From Syntrophorhabdaceae bacterium (GTDB taxonomy: Bacteria > Desulfobacterota > Syntrophorhabdia > Syntrophorhabdales > Syntrophorhabdaceae): DNA of 64,000 bases. Below, in pieces: positions 1-9,464 of the stretch. The number at the start of each line of letters is the position of its first letter. Within the stretch, counting starts at the first letter, position 1. The notes below the pieces were generated by a model. It was not told the origin of the DNA, did no database searches, and was given only the letters and a program-made list of their open reading frames with translations. Made by a program: the position numbers and the translations under genes. The stretch is from contig OY762209.1 of the NCBI GenBank assembly GCA_963665295.1, positions 4,832,001 to 4,896,000 on the forward strand, in the 5' to 3' direction.

Positions 1-282
1 AAAGTCCGTCGAGGACGTCGGAGGGGCATGTTTCCGGTTCGTGTCCGAGAAGACCCGCAAGGACCGCCCTGTCCGTGCCGTGCCCACGGCCCGTGGCGCT
101 CAGGCTACCGAAAAGCCGCACTTCAATGCGCCGGGCCTGCCTGAGTATATCTCCCGGCAATGAACGGACCGTCTGTATGAAATGATGGCCCGCCTTCATG
201 GGTCCTATGGTGTGGGAACTCGAAGGACCGGGACCTATCTTGAAGAACTCGAAGAGAGACGTCCCTATGGCGCCTGCCGTGC

Positions 283-930
283 TCATATCACTGCCGGTCC
301 CGCCCCGCTGTGCTCCGGTCCCTCTATCGCCGGCGTCTCTGATCCGGTGCGGCTGCAGATTCCGTCCAGGATAAGTTTGCTCACTTCTTCGTGGTACTGA
401 ATGAGGGGATACTTCCCGCCTTTCAGAAGCCACCTCGTAACGATATGCTCCAATATTCCGAGGAGGAGATGCTGCGAAAGATATATGTCCACGTCTTTCC
501 GGACCACCCCCTCTTCCTGCCCCTGCCTGAGAATTTCGAGTACCTGTTTGCTGAAAGCCTTGAAGCTCTTGTAGCTTCTCGACTTCACAAAATCCCTGTT
601 GACCCGCATTTCGAGCATCAGGCTTCTCACGTAGTCAGGGTTGCTCTCGAAATAATGAAGGTAATACCAGACAAGTTTCCTTATCTTGCCCACCGTGCTT
701 GCCTCGCACTCCGTGTGGAGGTCGATCTGACGACAAAATTCCTTCGTTCTTTCGAGACCGATAGAGAAAAAGAGGGCCTGTTTGCTCTTGAAATACTGGT
801 AGATCGTTCCTTCCGCAATACCTGCTTTGCGGGCAATTTCGGAGATGTTTGCGTTTTGATAGTTGCTCTTACCGAAGACCTCTATGGCAGCCTGCATAAT
901 CTGCTGTTTTCTCAGTTTTCTTCTGGACAT
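283..930 (-). CDS. TetR/AcrR family transcriptional regulator (FadR/YsiA-like)
   Basis: N-terminal HTH (ANISEIARKAGIAEGTIYQYFKSK). Start moved to ATG at 930 (MSRRKLRK), preceded by a GGGTGG SD-like site. Confidence 0.9.
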   Translation of the reverse strand: MSRRKLRKQQIMQAAIEVFGKSNYQNANISEIARKAGIAEGTIYQYFKSKQALFFSIGLERTKEFCRQIDLHTECEASTVGKIRKLVWYYLHYFESNPDYVRSLMLEMRVNRDFVKSRSYKSFKAFSKQVLEILRQGQEEGVVRKDVDIYLSQHLLLGILEHIVTRWLLKGGKYPLIQYHEEVSKLILDGICSRTGSETPAIEGPEHSGAGPAVI

Positions 931-1041
931 AAAACCACCCTTTTCCGAATTGTAATCTACGCTCTTGCCACGATTAAAACACATGATGCCCGTAAGAGAC
1001 GGCTGGTCACCGGTTGCAGCAAACACTCACGCAAAGCTCAC

Positions 1042-1070
1042 TATTTACTTAATATCACTCATCTTGTCAA
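1042..1070 (-). promoter_or_regulatory. sigma70-type promoter of the TetR gene
   Basis: Minus strand TTGACA-N17-TAAATA; same layout as the promoter at 8608-8636. Confidence 0.55.
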
Positions 1071-1305
1071 GCATTTTCTGGCCTGCCGCGGCACCCCTGC
1101 GACCGTCACAACGCCTCTTCTTTCCACGGGCGTCATGAACACATCCGGCTCTCGCCCCTACTCCCGATCGGGACGCCCACCGGCGTCGGTCTTCTCTTCC
1201 ATGTGGCCTGTCATCGCGCATTTACACAGGGGGCCAAAGGCCCCCTTAACGGCCCCCTGACCCCCTTGTGCGCGCCCTCTAAAGGCGGTTATGTCCTATG
1301 ACTCT

Positions 1306-2367
1306 TTAATACTGATACGCCGTAGGCACCTTCTGAGCCTTTTCCTGAGCCTTCCAGTACTCGATCCGCTCATTGATGAAGCTCAGCCATGTGTCTACTT
1401 CCGCAGCCTTGAATCCCTTGGAGATGAGATCCTTCTTGTAATCCGCCACTACGGGCTGCACGGCCTTCACCATCTTCGCCTGCTCGGCGTCGGAGACGGG
1501 AAGCACCTGACCGCCGAGTTTCGTGAAGTAATCCCGGCCTTCGATGTCTATCCTGTTCCATTCCACCGCCCACCTGTTCAGGAACTCCTTGGAGAATTCC
1601 GTAAAGGTCTTCTGTACGTCCGGGGGAAGGCTGTTCCATCTGTTCTTGTTCATGACAACGTAGAACTGAAAAACACTGCCGATCTTCCATGTGGCGGAGG
1701 CATATTTCTCCACTTCGCCGAGCTTGAAGCCTTTGAGGGTCTCAAGAGGGGTGTAGGTGCCGTCGATGACCGCTCTTCTCAGGGCTTCATAGAGGTCGAC
1801 CGTCTCGATGGGCATGGGTACCGCGCCTAAGGCCTTCACGATATCGCCGATCCTGCCCGTGCCCCTGATCTTCATACCCTTAAGCTCTTCGAGGGTCTTT
1901 ACGGGCTTCTTCAGCGTCTGGATCACGTTCGGGGGGCTTGTGGAGAACATGAGGGCATGATAGCCGTCCCACTCTTTCGGTTTGAACTTCTCATAAAAAT
2001 CCATGCTCACGTGGCTCGCAATCCAGCTGCTCGGGAATCCGAGGGGTAACTCCATGACCTCGAGCACAGGGAAGCGTCCCCTCGAGTAGGAGCAATGGGA
2101 GAGGCCGATATCGGCAATCCCGCTCGACACGCCTGCGGCCATCTTGGTTGCGGTAAGAAGGGTGCCGCCCGTGTACTGGGTAACCTCCACCTTGCCCGCG
2201 AGCTTCTTGTTGATCTCTTCGCAGTACTTGCCCATCATTACCGAGTTCATATGGGTGGGCGGAAAGTAGTTTGCGAATTTGAGTTTCACCACATCCGCGC
2301 CGGCAAAGGAAGAGAAGGATACGAGAAGTGAAAAAACAAACAGCAACGCAACTGATCTTCTAATCAT
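1306..2367 (-). CDS. dctP: TRAP transporter substrate-binding protein (DctP family)
   Basis: Signal peptide, LKGMKIR motif, ELPLG; adjacent to DctM/DctQ. Start at ATG 2367 after AGGGGG. Confidence 0.92.
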   Translation of the reverse strand: MIRRSVALLFVFSLLVSFSSFAGADVVKLKFANYFPPTHMNSVMMGKYCEEINKKLAGKVEVTQYTGGTLLTATKMAAGVSSGIADIGLSHCSYSRGRFPVLEVMELPLGFPSSWIASHVSMDFYEKFKPKEWDGYHALMFSTSPPNVIQTLKKPVKTLEELKGMKIRGTGRIGDIVKALGAVPMPIETVDLYEALRRAVIDGTYTPLETLKGFKLGEVEKYASATWKIGSVFQFYVVMNKNRWNSLPPDVQKTFTEFSKEFLNRWAVEWNRIDIEGRDYFTKLGGQVLPVSDAEQAKMVKAVQPVVADYKKDLISKGFKAAEVDTWLSFINERIEYWKAQEKAQKVPTAYQY

Positions 2368-2434
2368 TTTGTTACCCCCTTTTTTTTGTGTGTTCATAGT
2401 ATGGTGTATCATTTTGCCTCCCCTTGTTCAATTA

Positions 2435-3736
2435 TCACTTATAAAACACCGAAGGCAGCCAGAGAGCGAGCTGGGGAAACGCGAAGAGCAGGCCCCACAT
2501 GACGCACAGAGAGATGAGGAAGGGGGCCACCCCTTTATAGATCTTACCCATGGGCTCCTTGGTAATGTTCTTCACCACGAAGACACAGACCGCCACAGGG
2601 GGAATGACCACCCCGATCATGACCACCACCCCGATGACGATGCCGAACCAGAGGGGAGAGAACCCCAGCTTGAGTACGGCAGGGTAGAAGATGGGGGTCG
2701 CGAGGATCATGAAGGCGAGGTCGTCGATAAAAGAGCCTCCCAGCTCATAGACGAGACAGATGAGGAACATGATCACGTACCGGTTGAGGGGCAGCGCCAC
2801 GATCCAGTCCGCCGCGTTCTGGGGAATGTTGGTGACGGCAATGAAGTGGCCCAGGATGGTGGAGCCTGCAATGAGCATAAGGAGCATGCCCGAGGTACGA
2901 AGGGCTTCGGTTACGGACTTGGTATACCCGAAGAACTTGAGGTCCCCCTTGGAGACGGCAAGGACAAGGACCGCGAAGGTGCCTACGGCCCCTGCCTCGG
3001 AGGGGGTGAAGAAGCCCTGCATGATGCCTCCCACCACGAGGATGAAGACGAGGCCGATCCAGGCCACCTCGGGAAGGGACTGGATTCTCGCCTTCCAGGT
3101 TGCCTTAATGGACTTGGGGGCGAGGTTCGGGTTGATCTTCGCCCATCCGTAGATGATCCCGAGAAAGAAGATGGCGATCATGAACCCGGGGATCATGCCT
3201 GCGAGAAAGAGCTGTCCTATGGACTGCTCGGTGAGTATGCCGAAGATGATGAGGACCACGGAGGGAGGGATGATGCAGCCCAGTGTCCCCACGGTGGCCA
3301 CGATACCCGTGGAGAGCCTCCGGTCATAGCCGAAGCGGTCCATCTCGGGGATGGCGACGCTTGCAAAGGTGGCCGAGGTGGCGGCGGAAGAGCCGCAGAT
3401 GGCCTTGAACGCCGTAGCGCCTAAAACGGTGGCCATGGCAAGGCCCCCGGGGATGTGGCCCACGAACCTGTTGGCCGCCCCGTAGAGGCGTACCGCGATG
3501 CCCGCGTTGAAGCCGATCTGGCCCATGAGGATGAAGAGGGGGAAGACCGTGTAGCCGTAGTTGGTGATGACATCATAAATGTCCCTTCCGATGAGGTTCA
3601 TGGCGGAGGGGAGTCCGTTCAAGTATGCAAAGCCCGCAAAGCCCACGAGGGCCATGGCGAAACCCAGTTCGATGCCCGTGCCGAAAAGGAGCAGGAGCAC
3701 TGCAAGGGCGATAATACCTACCGTGATCTCATTCAT
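2435..3736 (-). CDS. dctM: TRAP transporter large permease
   Basis: Polytopic membrane protein with PLFILMG, GSSAAT and GTLG.IIPPS motifs. Confidence 0.93.
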   Translation of the reverse strand: MNEITVGIIALAVLLLLFGTGIELGFAMALVGFAGFAYLNGLPSAMNLIGRDIYDVITNYGYTVFPLFILMGQIGFNAGIAVRLYGAANRFVGHIPGGLAMATVLGATAFKAICGSSAATSATFASVAIPEMDRFGYDRRLSTGIVATVGTLGCIIPPSVVLIIFGILTEQSIGQLFLAGMIPGFMIAIFFLGIIYGWAKINPNLAPKSIKATWKARIQSLPEVAWIGLVFILVVGGIMQGFFTPSEAGAVGTFAVLVLAVSKGDLKFFGYTKSVTEALRTSGMLLMLIAGSTILGHFIAVTNIPQNAADWIVALPLNRYVIMFLICLVYELGGSFIDDLAFMILATPIFYPAVLKLGFSPLWFGIVIGVVVMIGVVIPPVAVCVFVVKNITKEPMGKIYKGVAPFLISLCVMWGLLFAFPQLALWLPSVFYK

Positions 3737-4214
3737 ACTGGCCCCTCCATATTTTGATAATGTCCCTCACGAAGACGAGGACCTCGATGAAGCAGCAGAC
3801 CCCTACCCCATAGGCCACGGGGAAGAAGGGAAGCTTTAATGTGGGTGAGACCTCGCCGGAGGTGTGGAACTCGTTGCCCACGCTGAAGAGGTTGTATCCT
3901 ATGATGAGAAAGAGAATGATGCAGAGAATGCGTGTAAAGGTGTTGAAGATGTTCTTCCAGTCCCGGGGCATCTTCTCTATGAGAAACTCCATGAACACAT
4001 GGCCCCGGTCCATGGAGACCCTCGGGATGCCGAAGCCGATGACGAGGGCCAAGGCGAGGCCCACGATCTCGTAGGTGCCGAGGATCGGGTGGCCGCCTGC
4101 CCGCATGAGCACGTCGGCAACGGTTAAGAACATCATGAACGTAAGGGCCGTACCGCCGATGATGTTGAGGATTTTACTTGCCGTGTTTAAGAACCTATCG
4201 AGTATACCTTCCAT
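3729..4214 (-). CDS. dctQ: TRAP transporter small permease
   Basis: Four TM segments, DVLMR and GHV motifs; overlaps dctM start. Confidence 0.9.
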   Translation of the reverse strand: MEGILDRFLNTASKILNIIGGTALTFMMFLTVADVLMRAGGHPILGTYEIVGLALALVIGFGIPRVSMDRGHVFMEFLIEKMPRDWKNIFNTFTRILCIILFLIIGYNLFSVGNEFHTSGEVSPTLKLPFFPVAYGVGVCCFIEVLVFVRDIIKIWRGQYE

Positions 4215-4425
4215 AATACCTCCTTTCCCTTATACCTTTGAACCCCCCTTGATGGAGCGGACCATGGTGCGGTCCTCTCCCGCATGAAACCTGTACTGAT
4301 GGTGTGTATGGCACGAAACAGCTGATTGTGGTGTGAGAAAACGCTGTTGACTGCGTCCCATGGCCTGACCGGTGTCCTTTACTCCTCTTCTCTGCCCCTC
4401 CCGGGCGATAGCGAAGGGCCTTTGA

Positions 4426-4454
4426 AAAAGGGGGCCGGAAAAACCGACCCCCTC
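4426..4454 (-). terminator. Putative intrinsic terminator after the thiolase gene
   Basis: GGGGGTCGG/CCGGCCCCC hairpin followed by a T-run on the minus strand. Confidence 0.5.
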
Positions 4455-4464
4455 GCACGTGGTT

Positions 4465-5676
4465 TTAGTTAATCTTGAAGATCATGGAGGCGCCGGTGTC
4501 GCCGGCCGCGCAACCGGTCCAGAGACAATAGCCTCCACCCAGGTCGACCATCTCCTCGATCATCTCGGCAATGATCCTGCCCGCGGTCGGGGCCTGGGGG
4601 TGGCCGTAGATCAGGGACGAACCGAAGTTGTTCATTTTCATGACATCGATGCCCATCTTCTTGGCGAAATTGATGTCGTTGGTGGCAAAAGGGTTGTGGC
4701 TCTTGATCGCTTTCATATCCGTGATTTTGAGACCCGCGTTGGCAAGGGCCATTTCAGCGGCAGGCACGGGCGCTGCGGCCATGTAGCCGGGTTTGACCCT
4801 GGCAAAACCGTAGGAAACGATCTGTATTTCGATTTTCGGGTCTGCGCTCAATTCTTTGGCTTTTTCTCTGTTGGTTACGATAAAACCGCAGTTTCCGTCA
4901 GCAGGAAAGGTCTGGGCGCCGAAACTGTGGACGCCTCCGGGCTCGGCAGGCCGCAGTTTCGCAAGACCTTCCGCCGTGGTGGCCGTCGCTCCGTCATCCT
5001 GCTCTATCAGCTTGGTCTGCTTTTTGCCTGCCTTCACCTCTGCGGGAAACATATAGCGTTTCTGGAAAGCCCTGTCGTTTTCGAGGGCCATGAGGTATTG
5101 CTGGTACCGCCTCAATACGACCGCGTCTACCTCTTCCTTGGTGATCCCCGCTTCCTTCGCCACGTTCTCCGCGGTCTGGACCATCTTAAGCGGCGGGGAT
5201 ACATTCGGGTCTGCGTTGAAGTTGTCCATCAACCAGTTCTCGGCGATCACCTCGCCTCCCGGGCCCATGGGGTTGGGCCAAACGGTGTGGGCACCGTTGG
5301 AGCAGCGGTCGGTCATGAGACCAAAACCCACACCGAATATGCCCTGCTCTATGGCAAGAGCTGCAAGCTGGAGGACTGTGGTGGAGGTGGTGCAGGCCTG
5401 GTGTATAAACAGGCCCGGCAGGTTCTTCCGGTTGTCCGTCAGCATGCCTGCCGCCCAGTTGTGGGCGTAGAACAGGTGCGGCTGATGGATCGTTATTCCG
5501 AAGTACAGGTAGTCGATTATTGAAGGATCAATCTTTTTCTTTTCCAGGAACCATCTTCTCGCTGTCTTGGCGCCCAGTTCGATGGAGTTTTCATTCTGCA
5601 TCGCTCCCTGCCACCGGGTGAAGGGGCTCGAGTAATAGCCGCCGTAGGGTATATACGCCTTTGTAAAAGTGTTCAT
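4465..5676 (-). CDS. Thiolase family protein (acyl-CoA C-acyltransferase)
   Basis: QACTTS nucleophile Cys, GHP motif, C-terminal CAAG, and DG motif (PADGNCG). Confidence 0.88.
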   Translation of the reverse strand: MNTFTKAYIPYGGYYSSPFTRWQGAMQNENSIELGAKTARRWFLEKKKIDPSIIDYLYFGITIHQPHLFYAHNWAAGMLTDNRKNLPGLFIHQACTTSTTVLQLAALAIEQGIFGVGFGLMTDRCSNGAHTVWPNPMGPGGEVIAENWLMDNFNADPNVSPPLKMVQTAENVAKEAGITKEEVDAVVLRRYQQYLMALENDRAFQKRYMFPAEVKAGKKQTKLIEQDDGATATTAEGLAKLRPAEPGGVHSFGAQTFPADGNCGFIVTNREKAKELSADPKIEIQIVSYGFARVKPGYMAAAPVPAAEMALANAGLKITDMKAIKSHNPFATNDINFAKKMGIDVMKMNNFGSSLIYGHPQAPTAGRIIAEMIEEMVDLGGGYCLWTGCAAGDTGASMIFKIN

Positions 5677-5729
5677 ATGTGCTTCCTCCTATTGATTATC
5701 CCCGCCCTCGGGCGAGGTCTTTATCATCT

Positions 5730-6491
5730 TTACAGCACAAAAAGGTCGAGGCCTCCCATCATGTTCATAATAGACCCCGTCATGTAGGCAGCGCCGTCGG
5801 TGCAGAGATACGCGATGGCATCGGCTATTTCCTGGGGGTAAGCGGCCCTGCGAAAAACCGTCTTTCTCTCCACCGCCTGGCGGACCGCTTCGGGAAGCAG
5901 GTCGTAGCCGTCGGTAGCGCATATTCCCACGAGCACGCTGTTCGCGGTGATATTGAACCTTGCCCCTTCCAGGGCCGATGACTTCGCAAGGGCAATGAGG
6001 CCGGCCTTTGCCGCGCCGTAGCTTGTCTGTCCCGCGCCGCCGAGGACACCGGCGACAGAGGTCATGTTGATGATACGTCCCCACTTGTTTGCGCACATAT
6101 CCGCCCACGCTTCCTTGATACAGTAAAAAGCCGAGTTGAGGCAAAGTTTCACCTCATAGTCCCATTCCTCCGTGGTCGTCTTCGCAGTGGTGATATTGTG
6201 ACCCATGAGGGCGGCGTTGTTTACGAGGATATTAGGACAACCCAGCTCCGTTTTCATCGTCTCGAAACCCTTCTTCACATCTGCGGCGTTGCTCGCGTCC
6301 ATTTGGACCGCCATGGATTTCCGCCCCATGGCTTTGATTTCATTTGCAAGGGCCTCGGCCCCTTCCATGTGGTGGAAACCGGTAACCACTACATCCGCTC
6401 CCTGTCTTGCGAGCGTGAGGGCCGCGTGTTTCCCTATTCCTTTGGGCATGGACGCCCCTGTTACCAATGCCAGTCTTCCTTCAAGCGACAT
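5730..6491 (-). CDS. SDR family oxidoreductase (3-oxoacyl-ACP/CoA reductase-like)
   Basis: TGAxxxxGIG, NNA and YGAAK catalytic motifs. Confidence 0.9.
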   Translation of the reverse strand: MSLEGRLALVTGASMPKGIGKHAALTLARQGADVVVTGFHHMEGAEALANEIKAMGRKSMAVQMDASNAADVKKGFETMKTELGCPNILVNNAALMGHNITTAKTTTEEWDYEVKLCLNSAFYCIKEAWADMCANKWGRIINMTSVAGVLGGAGQTSYGAAKAGLIALAKSSALEGARFNITANSVLVGICATDGYDLLPEAVRQAVERKTVFRRAAYPQEIADAIAYLCTDGAAYMTGSIMNMMGGLDLFVL

Positions 6492-6597
6492 AATTGACCT
6501 CCTGCTTTATAGTGTTACCCCTCGATCCCGTCCGCAAGGGGGATCCGGGGATATGTTTTCAAATCGGCCGCCCCTTCGTGGCGCCCATCGTCCTTCC

Positions 6598-8238
6598 CTA
6601 CGCTCCCATGCGCCCCTTGATATCCTCCCTGAGCGCCTTCTTATCCACCTTACCTACCTTGGTCGCGGGAAGCTCCTCTATGAACTCGATCCTCTCGGGA
6701 AGCTGCTGGACCGATGCGCCCGATTGTTTCAGAAAGGCGACGATCTCTTCAAAGGTCGCCTTCATGCCCTGCCTTAAGACTACGTAGGCGCATATCCTCT
6801 CCCCCAGTATGGGGTCGGGCATGCCTACCACCGCGGCCTCCCGGACAGCAGGGTGGGCGCTCATCCTGTGCTCTATGTCGAGGGCGCTTATCTTCTCGCC
6901 CCCGCGGTTGATGATGTCCTTGATCCTCCCCGTGATGGTGATGTTGCCGAAGGCGTCCTTTCTCGCCTTGTCCCCGGTCTTGAAGTGACCGTCGGGGGTG
7001 AAGGTCTCCGCGTTCTCCTCTGCGGACCTGAAGTACCCCGTGAAGATGCCCGGGCCCTTGGACACGAGCTCTCCCTCCACTCCGGGGGGACACTCGTTGC
7101 CTGCCTCGTCGATGATGATGATGGAGTCGTAGGGACAGGCGGGCCTCCCCACGCTGTTGCAGATCACCTCGATGGAGTCGCCCGGCCTTGTGGCCATGTT
7201 GGTGCCCTCGGAAGAACCGAACCCGTTGATGAAGGTGCAGCCCAGCGTGTCATAGACGGTGCGCACGAGTTCAGGGGTGCTCGGAGCCCCTCCCACGGAT
7301 ATCTTCTTCAAGGAGGAGAGGTCGTAGTCCTTGAGGTTCTCCATGTGCACCATGCGCGTGATGAGGGCGGGGACGGAGGGAAAGGCGGTGACCTTCTCCT
7401 TCTCCACCCATGTACAGATGTCCTCGGGGGCGGTGGAGTCGAGGAGCACGAGCTTCGCGAAATTGAGGAGGGCCGCCCCTATGCCCCAGTGCATGGCCAT
7501 GGAATGGCCCACGGGGGTGATGACCATGATCGTGTCGTTGCTCGTGATCTCCCATGCCCTCGCATGGTATTCGATATTGGTGATGTAGCTGTTGTGGGTC
7601 CTTACCGACGCCTTAGGCAGACCCGTGGTGCCTCCCGTGGGCATGATGTGGGAGACCTCGTCGGGATCGGGCCTTCTTTCTTCCAGTTCCTTAAGGTTCT
7701 CCTTCGTAAGGGTCACCTCGCCTATGAGGTCGTCCATGGTAGGGTAGCGCCCCTTTTTGGCGCGGACCTGGATCACCTCTTTCAACTGGGGGTTCTCCTT
7801 GAGTACATCATCGATAATGGGCTGGTAGTCGATCTTCCCGTACTGTTCGGGGAGTATCCATGCCACGGGCCTGGTGAGTCCCGCGAAGTGCTTGATCTCC
7901 GTCTGGTTGTGGCGGGGGATGAGGAGCACGGTCAAGGCCCCGATCTTCTGCATGGCGAAGTAGGAGATGATATACTCGTGCCAGTTGGGAAACTGGAGGA
8001 GGACCCAGTCCTTCGATTTCACGCCCCGCCTCATGAGGCTTATGGCGAGACGGTCCACCTTCTCCCTTACCTCCCGGTAGGTCCACCTCCCTACGCCGTC
8101 CACGAGGCCGATCTTGTCGGGATAGATGTCCGAGGCCTTGTCCACAAGGTCGGACCACGTCATCCCGAGCCACCACCTTCTCAGGTTGTATTTCTCCCTG
8201 TCCCCGGCTGCATACTCCGTGAAGCCTTCTATTGCCAT
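6598..8238 (-). CDS. AMP-dependent acyl/aryl-CoA ligase (adenylate-forming family)
   Basis: TGGTTGLPK, FGSSEG, TGD, GRIKDIINRGGEK and GKVDK motifs; AGGAGG RBS before ATG 8238. Confidence 0.9.
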   Translation of the reverse strand: MAIEGFTEYAAGDREKYNLRRWWLGMTWSDLVDKASDIYPDKIGLVDGVGRWTYREVREKVDRLAISLMRRGVKSKDWVLLQFPNWHEYIISYFAMQKIGALTVLLIPRHNQTEIKHFAGLTRPVAWILPEQYGKIDYQPIIDDVLKENPQLKEVIQVRAKKGRYPTMDDLIGEVTLTKENLKELEERRPDPDEVSHIMPTGGTTGLPKASVRTHNSYITNIEYHARAWEITSNDTIMVITPVGHSMAMHWGIGAALLNFAKLVLLDSTAPEDICTWVEKEKVTAFPSVPALITRMVHMENLKDYDLSSLKKISVGGAPSTPELVRTVYDTLGCTFINGFGSSEGTNMATRPGDSIEVICNSVGRPACPYDSIIIIDEAGNECPPGVEGELVSKGPGIFTGYFRSAEENAETFTPDGHFKTGDKARKDAFGNITITGRIKDIINRGGEKISALDIEHRMSAHPAVREAAVVGMPDPILGERICAYVVLRQGMKATFEEIVAFLKQSGASVQQLPERIEFIEELPATKVGKVDKKALREDIKGRMGA

Positions 8239-8416
8239 ATGGTGCCTCCTTTTGTCGGCATCGCTCCTTTCCCAAGGCCCCGATACAACGGACATCGACC
8301 GTCCCGGGTGCGGGCTATGATTTGGCGATTAGGTGAAACCGGCGCCTCTCTCTTCAGGCGGGGACCAATTCCCCCGCCAGTTCACGGTGTCCGGAGCAAT
8401 ACCGGAAATGTATTTG

Positions 8417-8491
8417 TTAAGAAAGTAGTTCGGGTAATACAAATGTCTTTCTTTTCAGACCATTATCCATATTTTGAGGGTGTATTATCAT
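8417..8491 (-). CDS. Putative 24-aa leader/small ORF (MIIHPQNMDNGLKRKTFVLPELLS)
   Basis: Strong TAAGGAG RBS upstream of the ATG, lying in the long leader of the ligase operon. Confidence 0.3.
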   Translation of the reverse strand: MIIHPQNMDNGLKRKTFVLPELLS

Positions 8492-8593
8492 GATGGCTAT
8501 CTCCTTATGTTGAATATTATTCATACATAATGCCCATAGTGGCGTGTAACATAGCGAAGGCATTAGGCTTGATAGCATACTTAGAATCTGTAT

Positions 8594-8636
8594 TGAACGG
8601 TGTTCAGATATTACTGAATTGCGTTCATGTTGTCAA
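8594..8636 (-). promoter_or_regulatory. sigma70 promoter with two TGAA-N5-TTCA operator palindromes
   Basis: TTGACA-N17-TAATAT on the minus strand; palindromes at 8615-8627 (spacer) and 8594-8606 (over the start site). Confidence 0.7.
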
Positions 8637-8868
8637 GGCTTTTTTCCTGAATTATTTCTGATCCATGATTATCTCCGTTTCATCGGTCGCATTTAGAGTT
8701 GTATGAACTTGATATAGCAGTTATTCCGGCATGTTACATGATCCAACCCCCGCGAGAGAGCCCCGCTTTCCCCGTCAGGCGGGCATTCGAAGCTGCATAG
8801 ACTTCCTCCGCCGCCCCTCGGAGCCGCCATGCGAATATCGGGCGTAAGACTGCGGCTCGTCGGGAAGA

Positions 8869-9144
8869 TCACACGCTCTTCTGTTGTTTCTTTCTTGCAG
8901 GCTTCCTGGCTGCCATGGACTCCACTTTGACCCCGAGGGCAGTCAACTGTCTCGTGAGACGGTTCACTACAATTACCTGTACCTCGTTGGCGACCCAGGT
9001 CTTAAGCGTCTCCAACAACTCGTTCGCTTCCGCAAGGTGCTGTTGTGCATCCTGTACTATCTTACGTTCGGTGGAAAGGGCGATCTGTCCGGCGAGTGCC
9101 TCGATACGCATTCTGGCCTTGATAAACTCCGCTATATTGGGCAT
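8869..9144 (-). CDS. Hypothetical small helical protein with basic C-terminus
   Basis: 91-aa ORF with GGGAG RBS; no recognisable motif. Confidence 0.6.
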   Translation of the reverse strand: MPNIAEFIKARMRIEALAGQIALSTERKIVQDAQQHLAEANELLETLKTWVANEVQVIVVNRLTRQLTALGVKVESMAARKPARKKQQKSV

Positions 9145-9361
9145 CCGTCACTCCCTGAAGGTGGAAAACCGGTTATCTGTCAGGAATCGAGGGGCGATTG
9201 TGATCCGTATCGGTCGGCTTCGTGTTCAGCCGCTGAACGAAGAGGGTGGAGACGACCGAATTCATAGTATACATCTTTTTGAGAAAAATATCCGAACCCA
9301 TGTCAATTACCTTTCGTCCCTACGAGGGCCCGGTGAGTCGCCGCGACGGTGCCGAAAATAA

Positions 9362-9417
9362 GGGGCCTCTCTGTCTGAAAGCGCATACCGGAACGCTTGT
9401 CCGGACAGAGAGGCCCC
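9362..9417 (-). terminator. Stem-loop downstream of glnN
   Basis: GGGGCCTCTCTGTC ... GACAGAGAGGCCCC inverted repeat. Confidence 0.55.
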
Positions 9418-9464
9418 GGGGATGACGGAACCCGCCCCGAAGGGCGGCTTGTCCTACGTCGCTC

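Noticed and set aside
1..163. 3' end of a plus-strand CDS entering the window
   Set aside because: The frame is open to a TGA at 161-163 but the translation is unrecognisable, so it cannot be supported.
6853..8493. Long antisense ORFs (also 10050-11324, 14602-15858, 22730-24028, 39291-40460, 59388-60365)
   Set aside because: Shadow frames opposite well-supported genes in GC-rich DNA, with no motifs.
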